Of a DNA stretch of 37,604 bases, positions 1 through 8,777 are shown one piece after another. Position numbers and translations under genes: made by a program. The stretch spans positions 1 to 37,604 of the forward strand of contig JBDRCO010000059.1 of NCBI GenBank assembly GCA_043821645.1. The letters are read 5' to 3'. The DNA is from Pseudomonadota bacterium. Lineage in GTDB: Bacteria > Myxococcota > JACRCW01 > JAFGSX01. A model generated the notes under the pieces. The model worked only from the letters and a program-made list of their open reading frames with translations, did no database searches and was not told where the DNA came from. Each line of letters opens with the position of its first letter. Position 1 is the first letter of the stretch.

Positions 1-48
1 AAAAAAACCGCGACTGCCGGGACCCGGTCGGGCACAGGCAGCCGCGGT
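1..48 (-). terminator. Intrinsic terminator of the hsp20 operon
   Basis: Minus strand reads ACCGCGGCTGCC-(18 nt)-GGCAGTCGCGGT (12-bp stem with one G-U), followed by a T run (A7 at 1-7 on +). It lies about 30 nt after the stop at 80. Confidence 0.75.
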
Positions 49-79
49 GGTTGTCTCGATCGTGAGTCGGAGGGCGCGC

Positions 80-502
80 TCAGCCCACACGCACCTCGAC
101 CTTGCGTGGCTTCAGGCGATCGGCCTTGGCCATCACCAGGGTCAGCACGCCGTCCTTCATGGAGGCGCTGATCTTGTCGCGGTCGATGGCCGGCCCCACG
201 TTGAACTGCCGCATGTAGCCACCCATCTCGTACTCGCCGTGGATCAGGCGCCACTCGCCCGGGACGTCCTCGACGCGCGCCATGATGGTGAGCACGCTGT
301 CGCGCAGGTCCACGTCCAGGGTGTGCGCCGACACTCCGGGCAGGTCCGCGATCACGGTCACCGCCTCCTCGTTCTCCAGGATGTCGGCGGCAAAGCCAAA
401 GTAGCGCCCCTCGAAGGTGAGCTCGCCCTGGCTGCGATCAATCTCTTGCTTGGTCGTCGCAGGAGTCAGGTCCTGCGTCGTGGTCTTGTTCGTCGTGGTC
501 AT
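80..502 (-). CDS. Small heat-shock protein, Hsp20/alpha-crystallin family (second gene of pair)
   Basis: ADLPGV...LDVDL...LTI, Y.RQF and ISASMKDGVLTLVMAK..KPRKVEV (IXI/V tail); RBS AAGGAGG upstream. Confidence 0.93.
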   Translation of the reverse strand: MTTTNKTTTQDLTPATTKQEIDRSQGELTFEGRYFGFAADILENEEAVTVIADLPGVSAHTLDVDLRDSVLTIMARVEDVPGEWRLIHGEYEMGGYMRQFNVGPAIDRDKISASMKDGVLTLVMAKADRLKPRKVEVRVG

Positions 503-528
503 GGAAGTACCTCCTTGGATCGTCGGGT

Positions 529-954
529 TCAGCGAGTCTCGATCGCCACCTTGCGCGGACGTGCCTCGGGTGCACGCGGCAGGGTCACCTCGAGCACACC
601 GTCCTTGTAACTGGCGTGCACGTTGTCGACGTCGATGGTGTCGGGCAGCGTGAGGCTGCGGTTGAAGGACTGCCTGCCGCGCTCCCGGCGGTGGAAGCTG
701 CCCTTCAGCTCCTCGCCCAGGCGCTCGCCCTTGAAGGTCAGCACCTCACCCGCAACGCTGATATCCAGCTTGTCCTTGTTCAGACCCGGGACCTCGGACC
801 GCAGGTGAAAGGTGCTGCCATCGTCGTACAGGTTGACCGGCGGAAAGGCACCGGCGGTGGCGGGCTGCCAGTCCTGAACCAGGCGCTGCATCTCGCGCTG
901 CAGACTCAGCATGTCCATGAATGGATTGCGCACTCCCCAGCGAAGCTGTGTCAT
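529..954 (-). CDS. Small heat-shock protein, Hsp20/alpha-crystallin family (first gene of pair)
   Basis: FPPVNLY, EVPGL.K..LDISV, FHRRER...SFNRSLTLP, ASYKDGVLEVTLP and PRKVAI; RBS GAGGAGG. Confidence 0.95.
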   Translation of the reverse strand: MTQLRWGVRNPFMDMLSLQREMQRLVQDWQPATAGAFPPVNLYDDGSTFHLRSEVPGLNKDKLDISVAGEVLTFKGERLGEELKGSFHRRERGRQSFNRSLTLPDTIDVDNVHASYKDGVLEVTLPRAPEARPRKVAIETR

Positions 955-1034
955 GATCGACCTCCTCTTTTCAGCTCGGTTGAGCGCGACCTTTCGTCGT
1001 CACGCTCGCTCGATGTGTCGTTCAGCTGCAGCTC

Positions 1035-1065
1035 AAGCTAGACACCTGCCGGGCTGTGGCAAGGG
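1035..1065 (-). promoter_or_regulatory. Putative promoter of the hsp20 operon (sigma70-family, possibly RpoH-like)
   Basis: Minus strand CCC-TTGCCA-N16-TAGCTT, which also reads as CTTG-N17-TCTAGCT, about 80 nt upstream of the ATG at 954. Confidence 0.45.
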
Positions 1066-1226
1066 CTCCCGGGCAGTTTCTGTGCGGTGCGAAGGAGGGG
1101 CGCGCCGGGAGGCCGAATCACCGCCTGCGAACAAAGCCCTTGTGCCGCGCGGGTGTCGGTTCTAGTCATTAGGGAGGTGCGGGCTGGCGGCGACCGCCAC
1201 GGCACCGCAATGTCGCGGGAGAGTAC

Positions 1227-1898
1227 ATGAGCACCGCTCGCGCCAAGCTGCATACCGATCTGGTCAAGATGCTCGGACAGAAGAGCAAGAGCGATCTTGC
1301 GGGCCAGCTGGACGAGCTGCTGACCGCCTATCGCGTGCAGTACAAGAAGCCAGGGGACCCCTCGCGCCAGACGGCACGCGACGCCCTGCGGGACGATCTG
1401 GTGGCCGTGGCCAGCAAGCCAGGCAAGGACCTGATGGCCCAGATCGCGGCGGTGCTCGACGAGTACCGCATGCAGGCGAAGACCAGCGGCCCGTCCGAGG
1501 GCAAGAAGGCGCCGCGCAAGAAAGCAGCCCCGGCGGCCGCGAGCGCGACACCCGCTGCGGCAGCACCCGCCCCGCGGGGCGCCAAGGCTGCCCCCACGCC
1601 ACGCGCCGCAGCCGCCTCGGCTCGACCTGCAGCCTCCGGTGCGCCCGCAGCCGGCGCCGGGTCCCAGCGCAGCACCTCGCGCTCCGAGTGCCCCAAGTGC
1701 CACAGCATGGGCGTGGTGCTGGCGCGTTCCTACGCCACCGACGAGTACTACAGCTGTATCTACTGCGGCTGGCAGGGTTTCAAGCCGGCCGAGGCCATGG
1801 AGGCAGAGGACAGCCTGGCGGCTCGCCTCCTCGGCATCTACAGCGGTGCCGCCATCGCGGGCCTGGTCGAGGACAGCGACACCGACGACGAGAGCTGA
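1227..1898 (+). CDS. Hypothetical protein: duplicated N-terminal helical unit, Lys/Ala/Pro linker, C-terminal Zn ribbon
   Basis: RBS GGGAGAG before the ATG and strong GC3 codon bias; CPKC-x18-CIYC motif; acidic tail. Confidence 0.8.
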   Translation: MSTARAKLHTDLVKMLGQKSKSDLAGQLDELLTAYRVQYKKPGDPSRQTARDALRDDLVAVASKPGKDLMAQIAAVLDEYRMQAKTSGPSEGKKAPRKKAAPAAASATPAAAAPAPRGAKAAPTPRAAAASARPAASGAPAAGAGSQRSTSRSECPKCHSMGVVLARSYATDEYYSCIYCGWQGFKPAEAMEAEDSLAARLLGIYSGAAIAGLVEDSDTDDES

Positions 1899-1946
1899 GT
1901 CCCGGACCGCCCCCCCGGATCTCTTGTGCTGCCACTGAGCGGGCGC

Positions 1947-4199
1947 TCACTCCCCGTCGTCGATCTGCGTCGTCAGCAGGTAGCGCGCGCTGGGATCCGA
2001 GGTCAAGGTGTACACCCGGAGATAGTGGGTGCCGTCGACCTGGGCCACGAACTCGATGTGCTCCTCGCTGGCCACGCCGTCGCTGGTGACCAGGGGCGTG
2101 ACGCCGTCGGGGTGCAGCAGCTGCAGGTCCAGGTCGCCCTCGGAGGGCATGAACTGGATGCTGGCCACCACGCGCTTGCCCGCAAGCAGGGGCACCGCGT
2201 ACAGGTCCTCGTCGAAACCACACAGCCCGAATTGCCCCGCGGCAGGCGCCACCTTGGCCTCGGCCGCCACTTCGTTGGGCTCGTCTGCGTCGGGCTGGCA
2301 CTGCGTCGCCACCTCGGTGAACAGGCTCAGGGTATAAGGCGCGGCGCCGCGATCCCCTGCCACCACGCGCAGCCACAGCGTCGTGGCCTGCCCTCCCGCG
2401 GGCACGCTGATCGCCTCGAAGCCCGGTCCGGTGCGACTGCTCGCCAGCGGGGGCAACGCCGGGTCCCTGTAAACCTCGAGGTCGAGGTCCATGTCGCCAG
2501 CCTCGAAGCGGGCCTGGGCCACCAGGCGCTCGAAGTCCGCGAGCACGACCTCGAACCAGTCGCTATCGTCGAGGCAGAGGCTCAGGGGCTGGTCCAGCAT
2601 CGACGCGGTGACCACGGTCGCGGTGGCCGCGCTGTTGTTGCCGGCACCCACCTCGAAGCCATCCGGCGTGCACTGCAGCGGGGGCAAGACCTCGAGCACG
2701 AGGTCGTAGGATGCCGGCGCTCCGGAGAATGCGCGCACCCGCAGGATCACCAGCCGCGCGACCGGGGTGCGATAGAAGAGCAGCTCATCGGGTCCTGCAG
2801 CCTCGGAACGGTCCAGCACTTCGCCGTCGGCGGCGAGTAGCGCCAGATCGGGATCCAGGCCGCTGCTACCACGCACGGTGGCGCGCAGGGCCTCGCCGGC
2901 GGCCAGGGACAGGGCCAGGTGATCGACGTCTCCCACGCACAGGGTCAAGCCCTCGTAGCTGCCGGCGGCCAGCACCGGAGCCTGCCCCGGAACGTCATTG
3001 CCAGCGGCGCCCTCCTGGCCATCCGCGACGCAGGGCGAGCCAGGTGTGCGCGTCAGCACCAGCTCGTAGGGCGTCGGTGTGGTGCGACTGAGCACGCGCA
3101 CATAATACGTGCCTTCGATCGTGGCCGTGACCGAGACCGTGCCGTTGCCCCGGGGCTGCGCGAAGCTCGAGCGCAGGCGGGTGGAGCCATCGGGGGCGAA
3201 CAGCTCGATCAGGGTCTCGGCGCCGGGGCTGGTGTCCAGCACCTGTGCAGTCAGGCCGTCGCCGGCGGCGAGTGCCAGCGCGACATAATCGTCGTCGTCG
3301 GGGCAGATCTGGAGCTGGTCGAGGCGCAGGCTGCCCGAGGGCAGCGTCACCTCGTAGGCTCCGGCCGGGCTGTCGTTCTGTTCGAGCCTGTCATCGACGC
3401 AGGCGCCGGCCCGGGGCTCGCAGGAGCCGCTGACGCGGTTGCAGAACTCGTACACAGCACAGTCGAGGTCGCTGTCACAGGGCGGTAGGGGGACGCGGCA
3501 CAGGGCCACGCCGGGATCGCAGACCAGCGGCGGCGTGCAGTCGCTGGCCTGACGGCACAGGTCCTCGCTCTCGCAGCGCCCGGCGCGCGCGTTGCAGCGC
3601 AAACCCGGGCCACAGTGCGCGTCCACCGTGCACTGCACGCAGCGCCCGCTCGCGTCGCAGAGCTCGTCGGGGCCGCAGGTCAGGGCCTGGTCCTGGGGCG
3701 TGCACTCGGCGGGACCCGTCAGCAGGCAGACCTGGGTCACGGCGTCACAGGCCTGCCCCGGATCGCAGGTGACCTCGGGAAAAGCCGTGCTCAGGGTGCA
3801 GGGCACTTCCTCGATGCAGTAAAAATGCGTGCGGTCGCAACGGTAGCCCACGGGGCAATCCACAGCGTTGGCACAGACATAGGCCTCGTTGCTGTCGCGG
3901 CAACGGCCCAGGGCGCAGAAGAAACCCGGGTAGCAGTCCGGATCCGCCTCGCACTCCCGGCCAAATCCCGGACGCAGGCGGCAGGTCCCATCGACGGTGC
4001 GACAGCGCTCGTCAGGCAGACACTCGACGTCACTGCGGCAGCCCTCGAAGGCCTCGCAGGTCGACGCGGCCCCGCACCGTTGACCCGCGGGACAGTCGGT
4101 GTCGAGGGCGCAGGTTCGGGGCGGAGGCGGTGGTGGCTGCCCGCACTGGCAGGCCGCGATGCCGATGCAGCCCAGGGTGATCAGCAACCAGGACCGCAT
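1947..4199 (-). CDS. Cys-rich lipoprotein with 4 PPC-like beta-sandwich repeats (module gene B')
   Basis: Start reassigned to ATG 4199 (MRSWLLITLGCIGIAAC-QC, signal peptide with lipobox), overlapping the upstream stop as TGATG. About 7 C-x3-4-[DE]-C-x5-C-x4-6-C units, then four C..D..E.N[DNE]...[LI]C..D.D repeats. Confidence 0.85.
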   Translation of the reverse strand: MRSWLLITLGCIGIAACQCGQPPPPPPRTCALDTDCPAGQRCGAASTCEAFEGCRSDVECLPDERCRTVDGTCRLRPGFGRECEADPDCYPGFFCALGRCRDSNEAYVCANAVDCPVGYRCDRTHFYCIEEVPCTLSTAFPEVTCDPGQACDAVTQVCLLTGPAECTPQDQALTCGPDELCDASGRCVQCTVDAHCGPGLRCNARAGRCESEDLCRQASDCTPPLVCDPGVALCRVPLPPCDSDLDCAVYEFCNRVSGSCEPRAGACVDDRLEQNDSPAGAYEVTLPSGSLRLDQLQICPDDDDYVALALAAGDGLTAQVLDTSPGAETLIELFAPDGSTRLRSSFAQPRGNGTVSVTATIEGTYYVRVLSRTTPTPYELVLTRTPGSPCVADGQEGAAGNDVPGQAPVLAAGSYEGLTLCVGDVDHLALSLAAGEALRATVRGSSGLDPDLALLAADGEVLDRSEAAGPDELLFYRTPVARLVILRVRAFSGAPASYDLVLEVLPPLQCTPDGFEVGAGNNSAATATVVTASMLDQPLSLCLDDSDWFEVVLADFERLVAQARFEAGDMDLDLEVYRDPALPPLASSRTGPGFEAISVPAGGQATTLWLRVVAGDRGAAPYTLSLFTEVATQCQPDADEPNEVAAEAKVAPAAGQFGLCGFDEDLYAVPLLAGKRVVASIQFMPSEGDLDLQLLHPDGVTPLVTSDGVASEEHIEFVAQVDGTHYLRVYTLTSDPSARYLLTTQIDDGE

Positions 4200-5734
4200 C
4201 AGAAAGGCCTCCGGTACTCGACCACGGTACCCAGGGGCGTGAGCGGCACTGGCGCGTCCGGGGTGGCAGGCCAGTCGAGTTCCACCGCGCTCCACATGCG
4301 CTCGTCGGCGCTGAAGGTCTTGCTGAACTCGCCGCCGAGCTGGCCGCGCACGTAGACCCGCACCACGGCGTTGACCGTGGGGTCGCCCGCGGTGCGCGCA
4401 TCCCAGTAGTGCACGAACACCGTGGCCACCCCGGCCATGGGCCTCACCACGTTGACGTTCTCGGGGCCGAAGCCGCCCTGATCGTCGACGTCGAGGCGCG
4501 GGTTAGCGTCGGGATTCTCCACGTACCAGTCCGGGTAGCGATTGGAGAAGTAGCAGTCGGTATCGTGGTCGAACAGGCCACTGCGGCCGCGCACGACATG
4601 CAGGTCGAGATCCGCGGTGGGGTGATCCCAGACCAGCTGGATGTGCAGGTCCTCGTCCGGCACCGCGCGCAGGCGCAGCAGGTCCGGGCTCCCCGAACGC
4701 ACCCCGCGGGAATCGACCACGTACAGCAGGACCTCGTAGCGTCCGGCCAGATCCAGCAGCAGGTCGGCCCGGGGCTGCTCCTGGACCAGCTCCACCCCCG
4801 AGTTGCCGTCCGCACGCAGCACCGCGGTCGAGCCCTGGGGACGGACGGCCAGGCGCCACTCGTAGCCGGCAATGCTGACGTTGGGAGTCGGGCTGTAGCT
4901 CTGGCTGCCGTCGAGACGGACCGTGTCCAGGGGCTCCAGGGTGTCGGTGGGATCCAGGGTCGAGATCACCGCCACAGGTGTGTCGTAGCCGCTGCCCTTG
5001 AGCACGAGCCTGACCACGGACGCATCGGGATCGTTGCTGGTGATGGTGAGCTCGCCAAAAAAATCCCCCAGCAACGGCGGGTTGAAGGCCAGCTTGAGAA
5101 AGAGCTCATCTCCGGGGCGCAGCACGTAGCCAGCGGGCGCGGTGGTCACCAGGACGAAGGCGCCCTGGCCGTCGTCGGTCAGCACCACGTCGTCGATCAC
5201 CAGATCGCGCACCCCGGCGTTGGCCACCCGCAGGTCCGCACGCACCACCACCCCCAGTCCGACCGCTCCGAAGTCCAGCGGCACGGGCTCGACCACGATG
5301 TCGGGCAGACCACGGTCCACGCCACCGCCCACCAGGGCGACCTGGGCGCGCGGGTACTTCTTGCTGTCCGAGCTGAGCTGCACCGTTCCGGTGACCTGGG
5401 TTGGCAGCATGGGCCGGAAGCGCACCTGGATGTCGACGCTGTCGCCGGCGGCGACCACCGCTGGCGGGTTCACCAGGGCGAAGGCCGGATCGCTGTCCAG
5501 CGACAGCACCACCTCGAGCTGTAGACTCAAGGCCGAGGGGTTGCTGACGCGAAAGGTCTTGAGGCTGTCCTGGCTGATGGCGCTGAACCCGAAGTCCAGC
5601 CCCGAGGGCTCGACCAGCATCACCGGATCGAGCTCGACCACGTTGGTGTCGCAGTCGCCACCACCCAGCACGGGTGACAGCAACAGCACCATGAGCGCGC
5701 TGCGGGTCGCGCGCCCCCCCGACGACAGGTGCAT
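4199..5734 (-). CDS. Exported protein: 2x choice-of-anchor-D/ASH Ig-like + PKD-like + YfaP/DUF2135-like C-terminal domain (module gene A')
   Basis: Start reassigned to ATG 5734, 1 nt after the upstream stop. Motifs: two LDFG...V.N.G/S..L repeats, V.LDGSQS..P....Y.W, HIQLVWD...DLDLH and LDVDDQGGFGPENVNV. Confidence 0.85.
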   Translation of the reverse strand: MHLSSGGRATRSALMVLLLSPVLGGGDCDTNVVELDPVMLVEPSGLDFGFSAISQDSLKTFRVSNPSALSLQLEVVLSLDSDPAFALVNPPAVVAAGDSVDIQVRFRPMLPTQVTGTVQLSSDSKKYPRAQVALVGGGVDRGLPDIVVEPVPLDFGAVGLGVVVRADLRVANAGVRDLVIDDVVLTDDGQGAFVLVTTAPAGYVLRPGDELFLKLAFNPPLLGDFFGELTITSNDPDASVVRLVLKGSGYDTPVAVISTLDPTDTLEPLDTVRLDGSQSYSPTPNVSIAGYEWRLAVRPQGSTAVLRADGNSGVELVQEQPRADLLLDLAGRYEVLLYVVDSRGVRSGSPDLLRLRAVPDEDLHIQLVWDHPTADLDLHVVRGRSGLFDHDTDCYFSNRYPDWYVENPDANPRLDVDDQGGFGPENVNVVRPMAGVATVFVHYWDARTAGDPTVNAVVRVYVRGQLGGEFSKTFSADERMWSAVELDWPATPDAPVPLTPLGTVVEYRRPF

Positions 5735-5735
5735 G

Positions 5736-5925
5736 TCAGATGTCCTCGGAGCCCGCGTCCTCGACGGCGGCATCCTCGACCGCGCTGTCAATGGTCGCAG
5801 CATCCTCGGTGGCTGCATCCTTGGGGGCTGCATCCTCGACGCCGGCATCTTCCACCGCGGCGTCGCCGGAGCTGGCCGCGTCGGCAGCCGCACCAGCATC
5901 GAGACCGGGACCGGCATCCTCGGGA
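5736..5925 (-). repeat. Degenerate 15-nt coding tandem repeat (EDAAx/EDAGx pentapeptides)
   Basis: Recurrent GCATCCTCG/GCGTCCTCG units on + at about 15-nt spacing, translating as ...VEDAGVEDAAPKDAATEDAATIDSAVEDAAVEDAGSEDI. Confidence 0.7.
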
Positions 5926-8723
5926 CTGCCCACGATGTCCACGTCGAGCTGGTAGGCCATGGGATCCCCGGGATCGTCGTGGTGCCGCAGGACAGACAGG
6001 TAGAGATCGCCGGCGGCGATCGCGGTGTAGTGCAGGTCTTCGGGAGCCAGGGGGTCGGGACCCTCGGACAGCGCCACCTGCTCGCCCCCCTGGTGCATGG
6101 CCAGGTCCAGGTTGCCCTGGGTGCCGTCCCAGCTCAGGTGCGCGTGCACACGGGTGCCGCTGGCCACCGCGACGCGGTACATGTCGATGTCCGTGACCGG
6201 GCACAGCACGCCGAGCTGGCTGTCCTGGGGCGGCTGCACGTGGGTCGCCAGGGCGGGCACGTCGTTGTACTCCCCCGGGTCCTCGAGGCAGGTGGCCAGG
6301 CTCGAGGTCATCTCGAGGTGGTAGCTGCGCTCGGTGTTTCCGCCGCCCCCGACGCGCAGGTAGTACAGCGCGCCGCGACCGGGCACCTGGAAGCCCAGGC
6401 TGAGGTCGACCTGGCCCGAGACCCGAGCCACCTCGCGCGCCGCCGCCACCAGCACCGGGCCGTCCACACTGCTCGTGTAGAGCTCGACGTACAGACCCGC
6501 GGGACCGCTGGCATCGATCATCAGGAACTCGTCGCCGAGCAACAACATCCTAAACCAGTCGTCGGCTGCGCTGCACAGCTTGAGGGTCTCGTCGAAGGCA
6601 AAGCTGGCGAAGGCATTGTCGCGCAGTGGCAAGGCCGCGGCCTGGCTGCTGTTGCGCCCGAGGCCGAGCTGGTCGTCGAGGCAGTTGTGGGTGACCTGGA
6701 GCTCCAGGCTGTAGGGCTGCCGGTCAGGCTCCGGGTAGGAGCTGGAGTAGGGGTAGACCTCGATGTAGTAGATGCCAGCCGCCAGGTTGGTACCATCGAC
6801 GGTCTCGGTGTCCCCGGTGGTGGTCGAGCTGTCCACCGAGCTGCCGTCGCTCTTGAGCAGCTTGAGCTCGAGATCTCCCTCGGAGTCGAGGAAGCGCACG
6901 ATGGCCTTGAGGGTGCCACCGGCGGGCAGATCCACGGCGTACCAGTCCTGGTCGTCCTGGTCGCAGATGGTGGCCTGGACGGTGCCGCCGGTCAGAGTTG
7001 CAGCCTGGGTGCGCGTGTTGTTGGGCTCGAAGCCGTCGGCGCAGTCGGGCAGAGGCTCGGTCTTGATCTCGACCGTGTACTCCTGTTCCTCCTCGACGAT
7101 GCCATAGCTGGAGCGATCCACCATCAGCACCAGAGTGGTGTCCGTGGTGCCACCCGAGTAGCGCACGGCCTCGTCGTCGTCGTAGCCGCTCGAGTAGTCG
7201 ATCTGGGTGCCGTCCGGGAGCAGGAGATCGATGTTGATGTCACCCTCGGCGTCGAGGAAGGCCACGGTGACCAGGGTGCGCAGGTTGGCCGGCGCCACGA
7301 ACTGGAAGTAGTCCACGTCGTCGGTTCCGCACAGCGCCCGCTGGTGGATCCCCAGGGGCAACACCGAGCCGCTGGCCTGGCTCAGCTGGTCGTTGGGTTC
7401 ACCGGGCTCGCTGTCGCACTGCAGCGGCTCCAGGTGTTCCACCGTGACCGTGTAATTGTAGCTGTCGTAGGTCGAGGCATTGCCGCGCACCACCAGGAAG
7501 TAGGGTGAGACGGCCGCCACGTTGGCCGACACCCGCACCGTGCTCGACGAGTAACCGAAGCTGGCAGCGTCGATCTCGGCGCCGGTGGAATCCAGCAAGC
7601 TCACCGCGACACCAGAGCCACTGGGCGTCATCGCCACCGACACCCGCAGGCGCTTGCCGGCCTGGCCCATGATGCGCATGAAGTCGGTGTCACCGCGGCA
7701 CAGCACATCGGTGTGGCTGGCGCCGCTGACCACCGTGGCGGTGGCCTGGCCGTTGTTGGGCTCGTTGGTCTCGTTGCAGTCGGCGACGGGCAAGAAACAC
7801 CGCCAGGTCACCGGATCGCAGTCCCATCGGCTGTCGTGAGCCGAGGCGCACTGGCTGTCGGTCTCGCACTCGGGGAGCACGCACTCGCCGGAGGAGGTGG
7901 AGCAGCGGCGCGCGGACATCGAGGCGCAGTCTGCGACCCCGCTGCACGCGTTGCCGTCGGCACAGTAGGTGGCCTCGCCCAGACCAGGCCGGCGCAAGCA
8001 CCCCGTGCAGTCGTTGGTGGTGGAGCACACGAAGGCGCTGACGCAGCGGCCCGTGGCGACGTTGCACTGGGTGCCGAAGCCGTCGCAGCACACGTTCTCA
8101 CCGGTGCCACAGTTGCTGTTGCTGGTGCACTGCACGCAGCGATTGCCGATGCACTGCAGCGACGGACCACAGTCCGCCTCGACCGTGGCCGGGGTACAGG
8201 GAATGCCGCTGGGTGGGTTGCAGTGACCGGTCACCGCGTCGCAGACCTCGCCGGTGGGGCAGGCCAGCTCGGGGTACTCGCTGGCGCGGTTGCAGCCCCC
8301 GCGATCCTCGACACAGAAGCCATTGATGGGGTCGCAGCGCTCGCCGGCGCCACAGTCGGTCGAGCGGCGACAGGGCGTCGACTGGCTGACGTCGTAGCAG
8401 TTGCCCGCGGAGCAGAACTCGCCCATGTCGCAGTCGCGGTCGCCGTTGGGGCACTCGTTGCCGATGGGGCTGTTGGGGTCGGGCACACAGTGGTTGAGCT
8501 CGCACATCTGATCGCCGGGCCGTGCGCAGTCGTCGCGCACCACGCACTCGCCGATGATGCACAGACCCTCCCAGCAAACCTCGCCCTTGGCGCACTGGCC
8601 CGAGTTCTGACAGGTGCGCTTGATGTTCTCACCCGGAGAGATGTTCTCGTCGGGAGAGCAAGCCAGTATGCCGGCCAGCAAAACGGTGAGCGCGGACAGA
8701 CGCACAGTCGAATTCCAAGTCAT
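5736..8723 (-). CDS. Large Cys-rich lipoprotein with 5 PPC-like repeats and an acidic EDAA tail (module gene B)
   Basis: ATG 8723 with RBS GAGGG; lipobox ILAC. About 280 aa of Cys-rich units, then five C...EPN[ND]/EYND...LC..D.D[FYWM] repeats and a low-complexity D/E/A C-terminus. Confidence 0.87.
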   Translation of the reverse strand: MTWNSTVRLSALTVLLAGILACSPDENISPGENIKRTCQNSGQCAKGEVCWEGLCIIGECVVRDDCARPGDQMCELNHCVPDPNSPIGNECPNGDRDCDMGEFCSAGNCYDVSQSTPCRRSTDCGAGERCDPINGFCVEDRGGCNRASEYPELACPTGEVCDAVTGHCNPPSGIPCTPATVEADCGPSLQCIGNRCVQCTSNSNCGTGENVCCDGFGTQCNVATGRCVSAFVCSTTNDCTGCLRRPGLGEATYCADGNACSGVADCASMSARRCSTSSGECVLPECETDSQCASAHDSRWDCDPVTWRCFLPVADCNETNEPNNGQATATVVSGASHTDVLCRGDTDFMRIMGQAGKRLRVSVAMTPSGSGVAVSLLDSTGAEIDAASFGYSSSTVRVSANVAAVSPYFLVVRGNASTYDSYNYTVTVEHLEPLQCDSEPGEPNDQLSQASGSVLPLGIHQRALCGTDDVDYFQFVAPANLRTLVTVAFLDAEGDINIDLLLPDGTQIDYSSGYDDDEAVRYSGGTTDTTLVLMVDRSSYGIVEEEQEYTVEIKTEPLPDCADGFEPNNTRTQAATLTGGTVQATICDQDDQDWYAVDLPAGGTLKAIVRFLDSEGDLELKLLKSDGSSVDSSTTTGDTETVDGTNLAAGIYYIEVYPYSSSYPEPDRQPYSLELQVTHNCLDDQLGLGRNSSQAAALPLRDNAFASFAFDETLKLCSAADDWFRMLLLGDEFLMIDASGPAGLYVELYTSSVDGPVLVAAAREVARVSGQVDLSLGFQVPGRGALYYLRVGGGGNTERSYHLEMTSSLATCLEDPGEYNDVPALATHVQPPQDSQLGVLCPVTDIDMYRVAVASGTRVHAHLSWDGTQGNLDLAMHQGGEQVALSEGPDPLAPEDLHYTAIAAGDLYLSVLRHHDDPGDPMAYQLDVDIVGSPEDAGPGLDAGAAADAASSGDAAVEDAGVEDAAPKDAATEDAATIDSAVEDAAVEDAGSEDI

Positions 8724-8777
8724 GTGGCACACCCTCATCGGCTTCCCGCGGGCAGGTCGCCGTGCACTTCAAAACGC

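Noticed and set aside
955-1226. CIRCE/HAIR operators or a sigma54 promoter upstream of the hsp20 genes
   Set aside because: No TTAGCACTC-N9-GAGTGCTAA, CTTGAGT-N7-ACTCAAG or correctly spaced GG-N10-GC consensus was found by eye.
1688-1705. CPKCH as a c-type heme-binding CxxCH motif
   Set aside because: The protein has no signal peptide, and a second CxxC pair follows, which fits a Zn ribbon better.
5742-5860. Short direct repeats considered as a CRISPR array or DGR repeat (also the 21-nt match with 35763-35783)
   Set aside because: Units are about 15 nt, degenerate and in-frame coding, with no unique spacers, no cas or reverse transcriptase gene, and no adenine-specific mismatch pattern.
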